From an uncultured delta proteobacterium (GTDB taxonomy: Bacteria > Desulfobacterota > WTBG01), in contig CAWCBP010000012.1 in assembly GCA_963793865.1 (NCBI GenBank), positions 1 to 64,000 on the forward strand: a stretch of DNA of 64,000 nt, in the 5' to 3' direction. Position 1 is the stretch's first letter. Each line of letters opens with the position of its first letter. Under the pieces are notes generated by a model. That model saw only the letters and a program-made list of their open reading frames with translations, ran no database searches and was not told where the DNA came from. Both the position numbers and the translations under genes were made by a program. Below, piece after piece: positions 10,218 to 20,345 of this stretch.

Positions 10218-10275
10218 AATCAGGGAAACCCTGATTTTTGCCTTCGAAAAGCCTTAGTGCACGGGATACCCCTCA
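10218..10275. promoter_or_regulatory. Palindromic operator AATCAGGG-AAA-CCCTGATT plus degenerate tandem boxes (LuxR/NarL-like)
   Basis: Perfect 8-3-8 palindrome at 10218..10236; similar array at 21833..21893. Confidence 0.55.
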
Positions 10276-10328
10276 CCTGGTGCCAAACTATCTAATTGAT
10301 TAATAGTGTCTTTTTACGCAGAAGTCAA

Positions 10329-10357
10329 AAGGCAGGGATATTATAAACCCTGCCTTC
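10329..10357. terminator. Hairpin AAGGCAGGG...CCCTGCCTT, probable terminator of the minus-strand operon
   Basis: 9-bp stem with adjacent A-run. Confidence 0.5.
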
Positions 10358-10401
10358 GAACAAAGTGCAAAATATATCTGTGCCCGATATAACAAGTGAT
10401 C

Positions 10402-10597
10402 ACCACGAAGGGCACGAAGAAAAAATCCACGAAGCTCACGAAGAAATAACCCAAAACTTTACATTGTCATTTCTCAGTCGTGCATGCGCGACTGAGAAAG
10501 CTTGCAAGAAGGACGCGTCCTTCTTTGACTCTGCATGGCAGAAGGCCAGGAGAATCTTCGTGCTCTTCGTGGCTTACCCTTCGTGTGCTTCGTGGTT
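10402..10597. repeat. CACGAAG tandem cluster with inverted CTTCGTG cluster; also at 22786..22826
   Basis: Repeated CACGAAG units and their reverse complements. Confidence 0.75.
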
Positions 10598-10630
10598 AAA
10601 CGAAGATGGGATGCTGGTATCTTATCCAGG

Positions 10631-11106
10631 CTAGAACTGGAGCGTTACGGTATAAGTATTATGATAAACGCCATCACTATCCGGTTCCTGTATCACGGTC
10701 CCGCTTACCCAGTTCGAGAAGAGCACCATTCCGTACGGATACCGCTCATTACCAATTTCAACAGTAACTACCAAATCCACGTCTGCCTTCCCGGATTTAT
10801 AAAAAGGAACTATTCCTGCCGGGGAAATGCCCACTCCACTCATTTTCAGACGATCACCCACCGTCTCATCCTTTGAGAGACTTATTTTGAATGGGCCATA
10901 ACCGATGAGGAATACAATAAACGGACTAAAATCCTGGGGGATAATCGGCGGTACTGGGTTACGATGATGGTCCGGGTAACCCCCGGCGTAAGGATTTCTA
11001 CGTGGGGTACCAGAGCAGTGGTTTCAAGAGCAGAGGCAATCCCCGGAGACGTGAAGGTAAGGGAAAGCATCAACGGGAGGATTGATATAATAAGGATTTT
11101 TTTCAT
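10631..11106 (-). CDS. Secreted beta-rich protein (~157 aa) split by a frameshift near 10940-10955
   Basis: Signal-peptide ORF 10882..11106 continues in the alternative frame PQDFSPFIVFLIGYGPFKISLSKDETVGDRLK into ORF 10631..10861; ends in Phe. Confidence 0.7.
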
Positions 11107-11151
11107 TGTACGGTACCTCCTGTAGTTAAGTTTTGTGGCTGTTGATATTTA

Positions 11152-11403
11152 CCCCTCACCCTAACCCTCTCCCCAAAGGGGCGAGGGGATTACTTGGATG
11201 CCTCTCCCCACAGAGAAGATTGGTTGGCGCCTCTCCCCACAGAGGGGAGATTGGTTGGGCATTTTTCCCGAAAGGAGTGCGATTAGTTCCCATTCTCTAA
11301 AAGAAACTTATATGTTGTTACTCTCCCAAAGGAGATTTGGATTTTTTCCCTTCCCCACAGGTTTTCTCCCTCTCCCCACGGGGAGAGGGATGGGGTGAGA
11401 GGG
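11152..11403. repeat. Inverted CCCTCACCC..CCCTCTCCCC ends enclosing degenerate ~30-bp tandem units
   Basis: CCTCTCCCCACAGAG..GATTGGTTGG units visible in tandem. Confidence 0.75.
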
Positions 11404-11406
11404 CAA

Positions 11407-12789
11407 TTAAAAATGATAAATAAAAGACATCATGAATAAATGCTGCTCTACGTCAGCCGTTGTTCCCGCCATAATATCCCCTTCCACATTATCCCCGGTG
11501 CGGAACTGGTAGGCGCAGTCAAAAATGAGATCGCCTACGGATAGGCCCGTTCCGAGGGAAAAGCCCCAGAAGTCCTCAGGGTTTTTCTCTGAAGGTTCAG
11601 GGTCATAAAATACCCCCGCGCGCACGGGAATGACCGTCCGGGGATTGATGAAGAGATACTCGGCACCCAGCCGCACCTGGGTTGTTTCCTCAATGGGGCT
11701 TTTATAGGAGGGCTCACCGGTCGTTGGGCTTAAGCGGTTGCCTTCACCATCCTCCAGCCGGAAGTGGTCCCACTCGGTCCGGTACACATCGCCAGAAACA
11801 GTTAATCTGTCTGAAAATCTCAGCGCTACCCCAAGGCCATAGGAGAGGGGCATATCCAGCTCAACATTTTCATCTACCCGCTGCTCAGTTATGAGCAGTG
11901 GATAACCAGGTCTTCTGGTTCTCCGTTTCATCAGACGTTCATGCTGCATATCGGCAGTGAAGGGAGTTTTGACCACGCCGCCGATGGTTACAAAATTATT
12001 TATATCCCACAAAAATCCCAGGTGCATGTTAAATCCAGAAAAACCGTAGTAACGATCGGAGTCGGTAAATTTTTCCACTTGTTCAAGCGTTCCCCCGCCT
12101 TTGAACATACCGCCCACGTATTTTTTCGATCTAATGGTTGTGTCCGATTCCCACCCGTTTCTCCAGAAGAGGTTGTCGGTCCAGATGTTGAAGGTAGCGC
12201 CAAGTGAAAAATCGGGGGTTACCTCAATGGCGAAGGCGGGAGAAATCGTGCTCAGACTTCCGCTTTGCCTGAAATCAACCTTATCTTTTCCTGTCAAGGT
12301 TAAGCCGAAGGCAGGTTTGGTAATAATGGTCGTATTGATGTCACGCTCGAATTCGTATAAACGCTGGTAGTTGAGAGAGACAATCATATTCCGGTTGAAA
12401 AGCTCAAAGGGATAGGCGGCGCTCAAATAATTGAGATCCCGGCTGGAGGCCTTCTGAAGCCCAGATTTTTCAGGATGTGAGGATGAAGAGAAATCATCAC
12501 GGCGCTTGAAATAGGACAGGGCAAAGGATATCTCTGGTTTTCTGAGCTGGGTGAGGCCGGCGGGATTCCATGAAGCCGCCGTGGCATCATCGGCAACCGC
12601 TATGAAGGCACCCCCCATACCCACTGCTCGCGCGCCCGAGCCGACAGGGTTGGGGGTCGATGCATTGATAACCTGCTGGGGAAATTCCCTCCCCTGCGCA
12701 TGGGCAGAGTTGTGCATCATACCCATGAGAAAGAGCATGGAGAAGAGGAATGTTATGATGCAAAACTGATGTATGTGCAGTTTAGACAT
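11407..12789 (-). CDS. FadL/OmpP1 (PorV-like) outer-membrane beta-barrel
   Basis: GSGARAVGMGGAFIAVADDATAASWNPAGL signature; signal peptide; C-terminal YHF beta-signal. Confidence 0.85.
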   Translation of the reverse strand: MSKLHIHQFCIITFLFSMLFLMGMMHNSAHAQGREFPQQVINASTPNPVGSGARAVGMGGAFIAVADDATAASWNPAGLTQLRKPEISFALSYFKRRDDFSSSSHPEKSGLQKASSRDLNYLSAAYPFELFNRNMIVSLNYQRLYEFERDINTTIITKPAFGLTLTGKDKVDFRQSGSLSTISPAFAIEVTPDFSLGATFNIWTDNLFWRNGWESDTTIRSKKYVGGMFKGGGTLEQVEKFTDSDRYYGFSGFNMHLGFLWDINNFVTIGGVVKTPFTADMQHERLMKRRTRRPGYPLLITEQRVDENVELDMPLSYGLGVALRFSDRLTVSGDVYRTEWDHFRLEDGEGNRLSPTTGEPSYKSPIEETTQVRLGAEYLFINPRTVIPVRAGVFYDPEPSEKNPEDFWGFSLGTGLSVGDLIFDCAYQFRTGDNVEGDIMAGTTADVEQHLFMMSFIYHF

Positions 12790-12808
12790 TTTTATCCTTA
12801 TACTAACT

Positions 12809-12835
12809 ATACGTCAGGGGATGATAATTCTAACT
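12809..12835 (-). promoter_or_regulatory. Variant ECF promoter AGTTAGAA-N14-CGTAT
   Basis: Identical -10 and spacing, 6/8 match at -35; 20 nt upstream of the barrel ATG. Confidence 0.55.
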
Positions 12836-12876
12836 AAAGTTTTAATTCCCCTCATCCTCAGACGCTGTCATGTAAT

Positions 12877-12967
12877 GTCATTGCGAGCGACCATTAGGGA
12901 GCGCGGCAATCTCTATTCCTCCATAAGTCATGAGATTGCTTCGGTCGATTCTCTCCCTCGCAATGAC
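12877..12967. repeat. GTCATTGCGAG-family palindromic element
   Basis: GTCATTGCGAG...GCAATCTC / GAGATTGC...CTCGCAATGAC. Confidence 0.85.
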
Positions 12968-13042
12968 AATGTTTCGTAGTCCTGGAGTAGAGATGGGATT
13001 TTTGTAAATAGTTTTTCCAAGGAGAAGAGGTACCGTTATATT

Positions 13043-15070
13043 CTATTTTGAAATTACCCTGTCGCCTGGTTGAATTTCTCTCTGGGTAAATTTCTGGAGT
13101 ATGGCGGTCAGGGATGTTGTCCGCTCTACATCTTTCGCAGATAACAGGCTGACAATCTCCGTGTCACTTCCCAGATCCATTCCTGTTTCAGGATCGCTCA
13201 GGGGCTGGTTTTCAAGAAAGGAGAGAAATTTCATCTCCGGGCAAATGGACTGCTCCCGGCCCAGGTCAATAACCGCCGTGTCTGAAGCTGTTTGCGTAAT
13301 GGTCCCTTCGCGCAGCGGAAGCTGCTCTTTAAATTTAAGCGCCAGCTCATCGAGGATGCCCCTGAACCCCGCCGTCATCTCCCCTTCCCAGTAGACATCC
13401 TTTTCAGCCAGCGTGGAAGAATTCCTGGTGTCAATGAGACGGGCCAGTATTTCAACCGAGTCGGGAGACGAATTAATCTCGCCGGATAGAACCGTGTCGG
13501 TACCCACTAAAGCACCCAACCGTGCTGCTGCCATGTCGTCCACCTTTTGATCCCGGCCCATCTCCTGCTTTGCGAGGACACTTTGCAGGGTGTCTCGTTT
13601 CAGGACGTTGAACCTTTTCTGGTCAACAAAGGAATGGTTGAGGAAGGTGAGAACATAGTTCCGAAGCGACTCCTCCGATTTTTTGAATTCGGTGAAGGGA
13701 AAGATGGCCACGCTTAAACGGGAGCCGATCTGCCTGACTTTGGGGATGATTCTTCTAATCGTGGCGGTGCGGGCGGCCGCTTTTCCGCTCCCATCGGCAA
13801 TCCCCGCGGTAATGGTGTTTTCCCCTTCGTCGAGCTGGACTGCCGCGCTGAAGGCAAGCAGTCTTCCCTTACGCACCCTTAAGAGTTTCAGGAAAGATGA
13901 AGCCGCTTGCTCACTTTCATCCGGGAGAAGGGACCGTCTGTTTACCGTGAGATCTTTTATACCTTTACCTGCCCGGACTGTTCCTTCCAGTTTGAACATG
14001 GCAAGTAATGTTGCCTGTCCATCCCGGAAACCTTTAATATCCATGGCCGGTGCCCGGGATGTGCCCGGCAAAGAGGCGAGATAGCCCCTTGTTTTATTGC
14101 CGACACTGTCGACAGCCTCAAAGTAAACGGGAGAAGCCGCCGATGCTGACTGGTCGCCACACAACTCCTCCAGCATGACCATCTGCTGCTCATCAAAAGA
14201 TATTTCCCGGCCGTTGAGGATTATCTTTGTGATGCCCGAGGTATCGTAGGCCGCCCCGGTAACCTTGACAACAGCACCGGAACCGGGAGAAACCTCCAGG
14301 AACACCAGCGGCCCTTCCCTGTCCGCATTAATCTCCAGGGTTATGGGTTTAGATGTTTTCCCCAGGATATCTTCGGACTGGAGGGTGATGACATTTTTTC
14401 CCTCCTGCAGGGGGAACTCTTCTGAAAAAGCAACTTCCTGCCGGGAAAGCTCAAGCCGGGTCGGCTTCCCGTTGAAGGAAATGTTTGAGATGAAAAAATC
14501 ATCGCGGGCGGTCCCGTTGACAGCAATTGAAAGTCCATTCGTCCGGTAGCCGGCCGGAGGATAGGTTACGGTGATGGCGGGAGGAAGCGTATCAAGCCTG
14601 GTTTGGTTGAGCCATGCACTTCGCGCCCTGTTGAGATAAAATTTTGCCCGGGCTGATTCAACCGCCTTGAGAGAAGTCTCAAGAGCTTGAATCGCCTGCT
14701 GATATTTACCCAGGTTGAAATAGGCTATGCCCAGCTCGCGGTTGGGAAAGTAGTCAATGAAATGCATGCCGTAGGTGCGCGCACGCCGCTGATCATCTTT
14801 CCTCTTTTGAACTGCTGTGCTGAAATCGGCCGCCGCGTCTTCCCAGAACTCCCCCTCGCTGTAAGATACGCCGCGCTGGTAGTAGTCATTCCACTGTGAC
14901 TTGAACAGACCCTCAGGCTTGCCATACAGCTTTCCGTCCTTCTCATACACCTTCCCCTTTTCCACCGCACAGCCGGGAAGGAGGCAGCCGATTGCGCAAA
15001 GAGAGATAAGGCACAGGATGACCATATTATATTTTGCTTTAAAATGATTATTATGAGATTGCTTCGTCAC
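13043..15070 (-). CDS. Probable lipoprotein: TPR, Ig-like repeats, CsgG/FlgT-like C-terminal domain (start may be 15025)
   Basis: LLPGC lipobox-like; RELGIAYFNLGKYQQAI TPR; LxEGxNxIT Ig motifs; VAIFPF...RFNVLKR...AARLGALVG...ARLIDT CsgG-like. Confidence 0.75.
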   Translation of the reverse strand: MTKQSHNNHFKAKYNMVILCLISLCAIGCLLPGCAVEKGKVYEKDGKLYGKPEGLFKSQWNDYYQRGVSYSEGEFWEDAAADFSTAVQKRKDDQRRARTYGMHFIDYFPNRELGIAYFNLGKYQQAIQALETSLKAVESARAKFYLNRARSAWLNQTRLDTLPPAITVTYPPAGYRTNGLSIAVNGTARDDFFISNISFNGKPTRLELSRQEVAFSEEFPLQEGKNVITLQSEDILGKTSKPITLEINADREGPLVFLEVSPGSGAVVKVTGAAYDTSGITKIILNGREISFDEQQMVMLEELCGDQSASAASPVYFEAVDSVGNKTRGYLASLPGTSRAPAMDIKGFRDGQATLLAMFKLEGTVRAGKGIKDLTVNRRSLLPDESEQAASSFLKLLRVRKGRLLAFSAAVQLDEGENTITAGIADGSGKAAARTATIRRIIPKVRQIGSRLSVAIFPFTEFKKSEESLRNYVLTFLNHSFVDQKRFNVLKRDTLQSVLAKQEMGRDQKVDDMAAARLGALVGTDTVLSGEINSSPDSVEILARLIDTRNSSTLAEKDVYWEGEMTAGFRGILDELALKFKEQLPLREGTITQTASDTAVIDLGREQSICPEMKFLSFLENQPLSDPETGMDLGSDTEIVSLLSAKDVERTTSLTAILQKFTQREIQPGDRVISK

Positions 15071-15400
15071 GGCGTTCCTCGCAACGACTATTTTTGACAG
15101 TGTACACTAATGATTCGAAAATAGTTCTTTGCATGGGCGACCGGCCGGTCGCCCCTACGCGCAAGAAAGGGTGAGAATAAGATATGCCATTCCCGCGAAA
15201 GCGGGAATCCAATAATATTTTTATGCTTTGTGGCGCCCCGAAGGGCATGGGAGTTTAACATATAATACGATCCTTCGTTGCACTCAGGATAACATGCATA
15301 ACGTTCGCGGCTGGAAGCCGCTCCTACCGTTCCCGAAGCAGGGTACAGGGTTTAGGGTGCAGGGTCCTTTGCTCGTATCTTCTGACTACTGACTCCTATC
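15055..15400. repeat. Intergenic cluster of at least five different REP-like or short tandem repeat families
   Basis: GAGATTGCTTCG; GGGCGACCGGCCGGTCGCCCCTAC; ATTCCCGCGAAAGCGGGAATCC; GCGGCTGGAAGCCGCTCCTAC; CAGGGT and CTGACT runs. Confidence 0.75.
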
Positions 15401-15409
15401 CCTCTCCTC

Positions 15410-18279
15410 CTACAACCAATTGCCCATCAAAATAAACGGTGCCCAGTAGAACGGGTGCTTATAGGCAGCGGCCGCATCGGCCGGGGACGGTTCTGCTTCA
15501 CCTTCCGCTTCAGGCGAGCTTACCCGCATGCCCCGCGTCGCGTCCCGGGTATTGCCGGCCATGATCTCTCCCCTGATAAACATGAGCTGGGCGCGGTTGA
15601 GCGCTTCCGCCTTGGTGATCCCGGGGTTCTCCGCGCGAATCCGGTAAAAGTTCTGCATCAGGATGCAGGTGCTGCGGTCCGCCACCTGCCAGAGGGTGGC
15701 AAGAACCCCTTTGGCACCCTGGTTCTGCGCCAGGGCACCGAAACTTTCCACCTCGCTCCCGCCGGCTGCGGATGCCTCAACGGCGGTGTTGCAGGCGGAA
15801 AGGGTGAGCATGTCCACCCCGTTGAAATCATAGTGACTGTCCTTGATTTCGGCCAGGGAAAGGGTGGTGCCGTCTCCCAGCAGCAGGTAGGAACTTTTTT
15901 TGGTGCCCGGCTTGATTTCAAAGTGGCTGGCAATGTGTATGACCGGATACCCCTGCTGCAAGAGCGATTCAAACGCGTGCCGGGAAAAGGCATTGTCCAG
16001 GTAGATTACCCCGGGCAGCACGCCGTCGCTATCGCCGGTGTCGCGGCGCACAATACCCTCAAGCTCGGCCGGCACATAGCGGAGGGGCTGGAAATTGCGG
16101 ACGGGATGACTCATGCCCAACCCGCCGACAAGCCAATCTCTTTTCGGCTTATCGTTCATGGCACGTTTCACCGCGGGTGTGCAGATAGTCATCCGGTAGC
16201 GTTCCAGCAGGTACTGAGTGCCGTCATGAAGAGCGGAAACGGGGATGTAGCGCAAGGCACCATACAGGTTGAGCATCAGCGTTTGCGCACCTGCCTGTTT
16301 AAGGTCTTCGTCGATGGGCGCAATCATGATTCCATACAGTTCGCGTGACTCCGCAAGCGGTGAGCTTCGGGGATTCTCCAGCGTTTTTCTGAAGCTCATA
16401 ATTTTGCGGTTCAGTTCCTCCGGGGATACGGCAACATCACGGGTGAGCTGTTGAGAAGCCGTGGTTAAGATAATGCGCAGCTTATCGTCGGTTATGAGGT
16501 AGTGAACGGCCACCGCTCCGTGACCCAGCTCCTTAAGGAGCCCTGAAATTTTTTCCGGTTCATCAGGCTGTGCTTCCCTCATTGCCGAATCCCGGGTGCC
16601 GGAAGCAGCGGTACGGCAGCCGGCTATCATTTTAGCAAGGGAGTCGCTGAAGGCCTTGCGCGTTACATCAAGATCTTTCAGCGCCTGCCGGTAACGTTCC
16701 TGATCCCGCCGCCGTCGAGCCCGAGATTTTTTCTCTGCCTGAGCCCTGCGTACTCCTTCCCTGCAGAGGCAAAGCGGCTGCTTAAGCTTCTGAAGTCGGC
16801 TGAACTGCTCAACTCTCCATCGGTATAGGCAGCCGTGGTGGAGCGCGCATCCGCCGCTCCTTTTTCCCGGCAGAGAAAGTCGAAGTACTCCTCCTCCTTC
16901 TGCATGTCCAGCACCTGCCTGGCCTCGGGCAGCCTTCCGGCATCTATAAGGAGATCAGCCAGGAATGCATAGACATGCCACTTTGTTTTCAGAAATGACT
17001 TCTGGAGATCTTTTTCAACGGTGGAGATGCCTGAGCGCATCCCCTGGATGGTGTTTACCGCCTGCTTGCCGAAAAAGATGGCGGCCCCGGGATTCTTTTG
17101 CTTGAGAAGGAGACAGGCGAGGTTGGATTGCACCCGCCAGAGCAGCTCGGGCTGACCGCTCATTTCCGCAATCGCGAGCGCACGCGTCTGAAGCTCCAGA
17201 GCGTTGTCGAGCTGCCCCCGGGCGCAGTGGACCTCACCCAGGTTATTCAGGCGTATGGCAACGCGCGGATGCTCCTCCCCGAACAGCTTCTCATCCATGG
17301 AAAGCGCCTGCTCGTAGAGGGATTGGGCATCATCATAGTTGCCACGGGCATAGTTGAGCCCGGCCAGGTTATTGAGAATGGTTGCGCTGCGGGGGTTCTC
17401 CGGTCCATACGCCGCGGCATATATGGCAAGGGCCCGCTCAAAAAGAGGTTCAGCCTTTTCATAAAGGCCTGAACCGGTATAGAGCTCCGCGAGATTGTTA
17501 AGGATGGGTGCAATGGAGGAATGATCCGGTGTGTAAATGGTTTCAGCGCCTGTAAGCGCCTGCCGGTAGAGGGACTCTGCCCTCGCGCAGTCACCAAGCG
17601 CGCGGTAGGTTTCCGCCAGGTTGTTTAAGTCATTGACCACCGCGGCGTGCTCTGATCCGTGCGCGGTTTCATCAATGGCCAGGGCGCGCTCATAGAACAG
17701 CTTTGCCTGGGCATAGTCTCCCAAAGCGAAGTACACTCCCGCCAGGTTGCTCAAATCCTGTGCGACAGCAGGATGCTCGCTGCCATATGCCTTCCGGTCA
17801 ATGGCAAGCGACCTCTCATAGAGAGGCTGTGCCTGATCATAGGAGCCTGCTGCATGGAAAACACCTGCCAGATTGCTCAGGTCCCTCGCGACGGCAGGGT
17901 GATCGTCTCCATATGCCTTTTGATCAATAGCAAGCGCCTTTTCGTAGAGAGGCCGTGCCTGCTCCAACATCCCCATATCCTGGTACAGGGCTGCTAGGGC
18001 GGTCAGGCTTATTGCGATCTGCGGGTGCTCAGGTCCATAGGCAATTTCATCTTCAGCCAGGGCCTTTTGGAGCAGGCGCATGGCATCACTGTATTCTCCG
18101 CGGGCCATGTGCTGCCTGGTGAGGCTGTGCAGTTCGCTTGAAGAATCCGGAGGGGAAGCATTGCCGCTGGTGACTGTACCCTGAAGCGTTTGGGGAGAGA
18201 TTATCAGTGCAAGGACCGCAAACATTAAAAAGTAGCCATGCTTGTATTGAATTTTATTCATTACATGAGCTACTTTCAC
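15410..18279 (-). CDS. Exported TPR-CHAT (caspase-like) protease, one gene split by a frameshift at ~16700-16720 (ORFs 16678..18279 and 15410..16630)
   Basis: About 7 HPxVAxxLxNLA TPRs; alternative frame DQERYRQALKDLDVTRKAFSDSLAKMIA joins the two ORFs; CHAT motifs IHIASHF, LTLSACNT, VLATLWQVAD and HPFYWAPF. Confidence 0.88.
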
Positions 18280-18471
18280 CGTGGTTTCCTTCCAGCATAA
18301 TGGTTCGGAAACAACACTTTACTCAGAGAAATATATGAGGAGCAGAAAAATGTCTACGTCATGAATATGCTTTTATTCCTGCTGCCTGTTTGTAAGTTTT
18401 TTATATCACAGAACGGGCAGGATTAAAAGCAGCTTCCTTTTTATTAATTGATGTGATTTCTCTGTTACAGC

Positions 18472-18498
18472 ATACGATGCGCATCGCAATTTCTTACA
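18472..18498 (-). promoter_or_regulatory. Candidate ECF promoter TGTAAGAA-N14-CGTAT upstream of TPR-CHAT
   Basis: Exact motif in the correct orientation. Confidence 0.75.
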
Positions 18499-18639
18499 GA
18501 AATGCCGTCCGCATGCAAGTGAACGATTTATGCGCTTTTGGAAATAATCCTTTAATTATGTATGAATAGATGTTATATACCTTATATAGGATTCTTAAAA
18601 CCGTAGGAATAGACGCTGGATCTTCCTTCGAAATTTCCT

Positions 18640-19236
18640 ATGCCTGATAAGGCGAATTCCTCTGATTTCACCGACCGGCAGCTCCTCAATGGATGCGTTG
18701 CAGGAGACAAGGCATCCTGGGCAATTTTCGTTAAACACTACAGCAAGCTTATCTATCATTCCATCTATAAAACCCTGCGTGTTAATTCATCCCCTACCGA
18801 CCCCGACGACATCAACGACCTGTTTCAGGAGATGTTCGCTTCGATTTGCGCAGATAAGTGCAAAAAGTTGAGGATGTTTGATCCCTGCAGAGGGGTAAGC
18901 CTGGCAAGCTGGCTGAGAATGATCGCGGTCCGCATGACCATAGACTACCTTCGCAGGCATAAAACCTCCACTTCGCTGGAGGAACTGCCCATCGAACCGT
19001 CCCGGGACGGCGGGCAGGAAACAAACATGGATGAAGAATCATTGCGCTGCCTGAGCGGTGTTCTTGAAGAACTCCCTGATAAAGACAAGTTAATAATAGA
19101 TCTATTCTATTTTAAGGAACTTCCCCCCGAAGAAATTGCCCGCATCCTGAACATATCCGTAGGCGCCATCTACACCAGGAAGAACAGGGTGGTTGATAAA
19201 ATAAAGCAAATTGCCCGCCAGAGAAATATTTTGTAA
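18640..19236 (+). CDS. ECF sigma-70 factor
   Basis: Region 2 (DDINDLFQE, SLASWLRMIA..TIDYLRR) and region 4 (EEIARILNISVGAIYTRKNR). Confidence 0.92.
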   Translation: MPDKANSSDFTDRQLLNGCVAGDKASWAIFVKHYSKLIYHSIYKTLRVNSSPTDPDDINDLFQEMFASICADKCKKLRMFDPCRGVSLASWLRMIAVRMTIDYLRRHKTSTSLEELPIEPSRDGGQETNMDEESLRCLSGVLEELPDKDKLIIDLFYFKELPPEEIARILNISVGAIYTRKNRVVDKIKQIARQRNIL

Positions 19237-19258
19237 GAAAATCCCTCTTGTTACGTAT
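19232..19258 (+). promoter_or_regulatory. Candidate ECF promoter TGTAAGAA-N14-CGTAT overlapping the sigma stop codon and facing the anti-sigma gene
   Basis: Exact motif. Confidence 0.75.
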
Positions 19259-19320
19259 TTTGCTATCGAAGGGTTATGATTTGAATGAACATCCATACAT
19301 TTTGAAGAAGAGGGAAAGAC

Positions 19321-20217
19321 ATGGAAGACAAACTGATCAAACAGGCTTTTAAGGAAACGCAGAAGTCCCGATCTCACGGGGGAAAATGCCCGGATGAGTG
19401 TGATTTCTGCCGGTTCCTGGAAGGCCTGATGGACGAAGAGAGGAGGGCGCTCATGGAAAAGCACCTCCTGTCATGTCCGGCATGCTCTGATTACGTGGTT
19501 TCTTTACATAAGGTTATGAATTTCCCGGCAGAGGAAAGGCTGCCGGATGTATCCGGGGCGACAATAGAAAAGGCATGTAAGCTTGTGGGGGTAAAAAAGA
19601 AGAGCGTCCGCGAAAAACAGGGCATGCTTCAGGCGGTAAGGGAATTTTTCTCCTTTAACTGGATAACCCAACCCCTCCCGGTAATGGTCAAATCATGCGC
19701 GGCCGCACTTGCCGTGGTTCTGGTGTTGACCACTGCATATCTCTATCAGCAGCAGAATTCACCTCTCGGCATACAGCTTGAGGTTGTGGGCAGGGGCAGC
19801 GAGGTTACCACCCGGGGAACAGCTCCGGAATTGTCCGGTGAGGTCATCAAGGACGGCGGTGTTCTCTATTCAAAAGATTATTGCCGTGTGAACTTCGAAC
19901 TCAGCCGGGATGCGTTTGCCTATGTTTTTTATTATGACTCAAGCGGCGAACTGCATCAGCTCTATCCCGATCCCGCGATTGTCACACCGCAAAAGGTAAA
20001 AGGCGGGAAAACCCACAGCCTTCCCGAAAAAGAGGCGTGGTTTCAGCTGGATGAACAAAGAGGCACTGAGACGGTATTCATGGTGGCATCCGCGAAACCC
20101 ATAAGCAACCTGGGGGAACTCTATCAGGCCGCACAGGGTTTGAACAGGGACGAGGCGATCAGAACATTCCGGGATGCAGCCCCTGTATTCAAGATGTTGA
20201 ACTTTATCCACCAGTAA
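19321..20217 (+). CDS. Anti-sigma factor: zf-HC2 zinc domain, TM helix, periplasmic DUF4384-like domain
   Basis: HLLSCPAC motif; hydrophobic segment; YVFYYDSSG..QLYP and LDEQRGTETVFMVAS DUF4384-like motifs. Confidence 0.85.
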   Translation: MEDKLIKQAFKETQKSRSHGGKCPDECDFCRFLEGLMDEERRALMEKHLLSCPACSDYVVSLHKVMNFPAEERLPDVSGATIEKACKLVGVKKKSVREKQGMLQAVREFFSFNWITQPLPVMVKSCAAALAVVLVLTTAYLYQQQNSPLGIQLEVVGRGSEVTTRGTAPELSGEVIKDGGVLYSKDYCRVNFELSRDAFAYVFYYDSSGELHQLYPDPAIVTPQKVKGGKTHSLPEKEAWFQLDEQRGTETVFMVASAKPISNLGELYQAAQGLNRDEAIRTFRDAAPVFKMLNFIHQ

Positions 20218-20271
20218 AATGGTGATGATTGCCCGGCACCGGGCATGGATTTTTGACAGGTTAAGAATTTC

Positions 20272-20298
20272 TGTAAGAAGCGAGGGTGTTGCCCGTAT
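20272..20298 (+). promoter_or_regulatory. Candidate ECF promoter TGTAAGAA-N14-CGTAT upstream of the Cys-rich small gene
   Basis: Exact motif. Confidence 0.75.
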
Positions 20299-20345
20299 AG
20301 TAGAGTATCAGTGAAGGCAGAAAAGGCGGGCTGAAGTGAGGATGT

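Noticed and set aside
11152..11403. Possible CRISPR array
   Set aside because: Units are degenerate and abutting, with no constant repeat and unique spacer pattern; no cas genes in the window
15410..20217. Type III-E CRISPR (Craspase) locus
   Set aside because: No Cas7-11, Csx30/Csx31 or array; the CHAT protein has a signal peptide and the anti-sigma is a membrane zf-HC2 type
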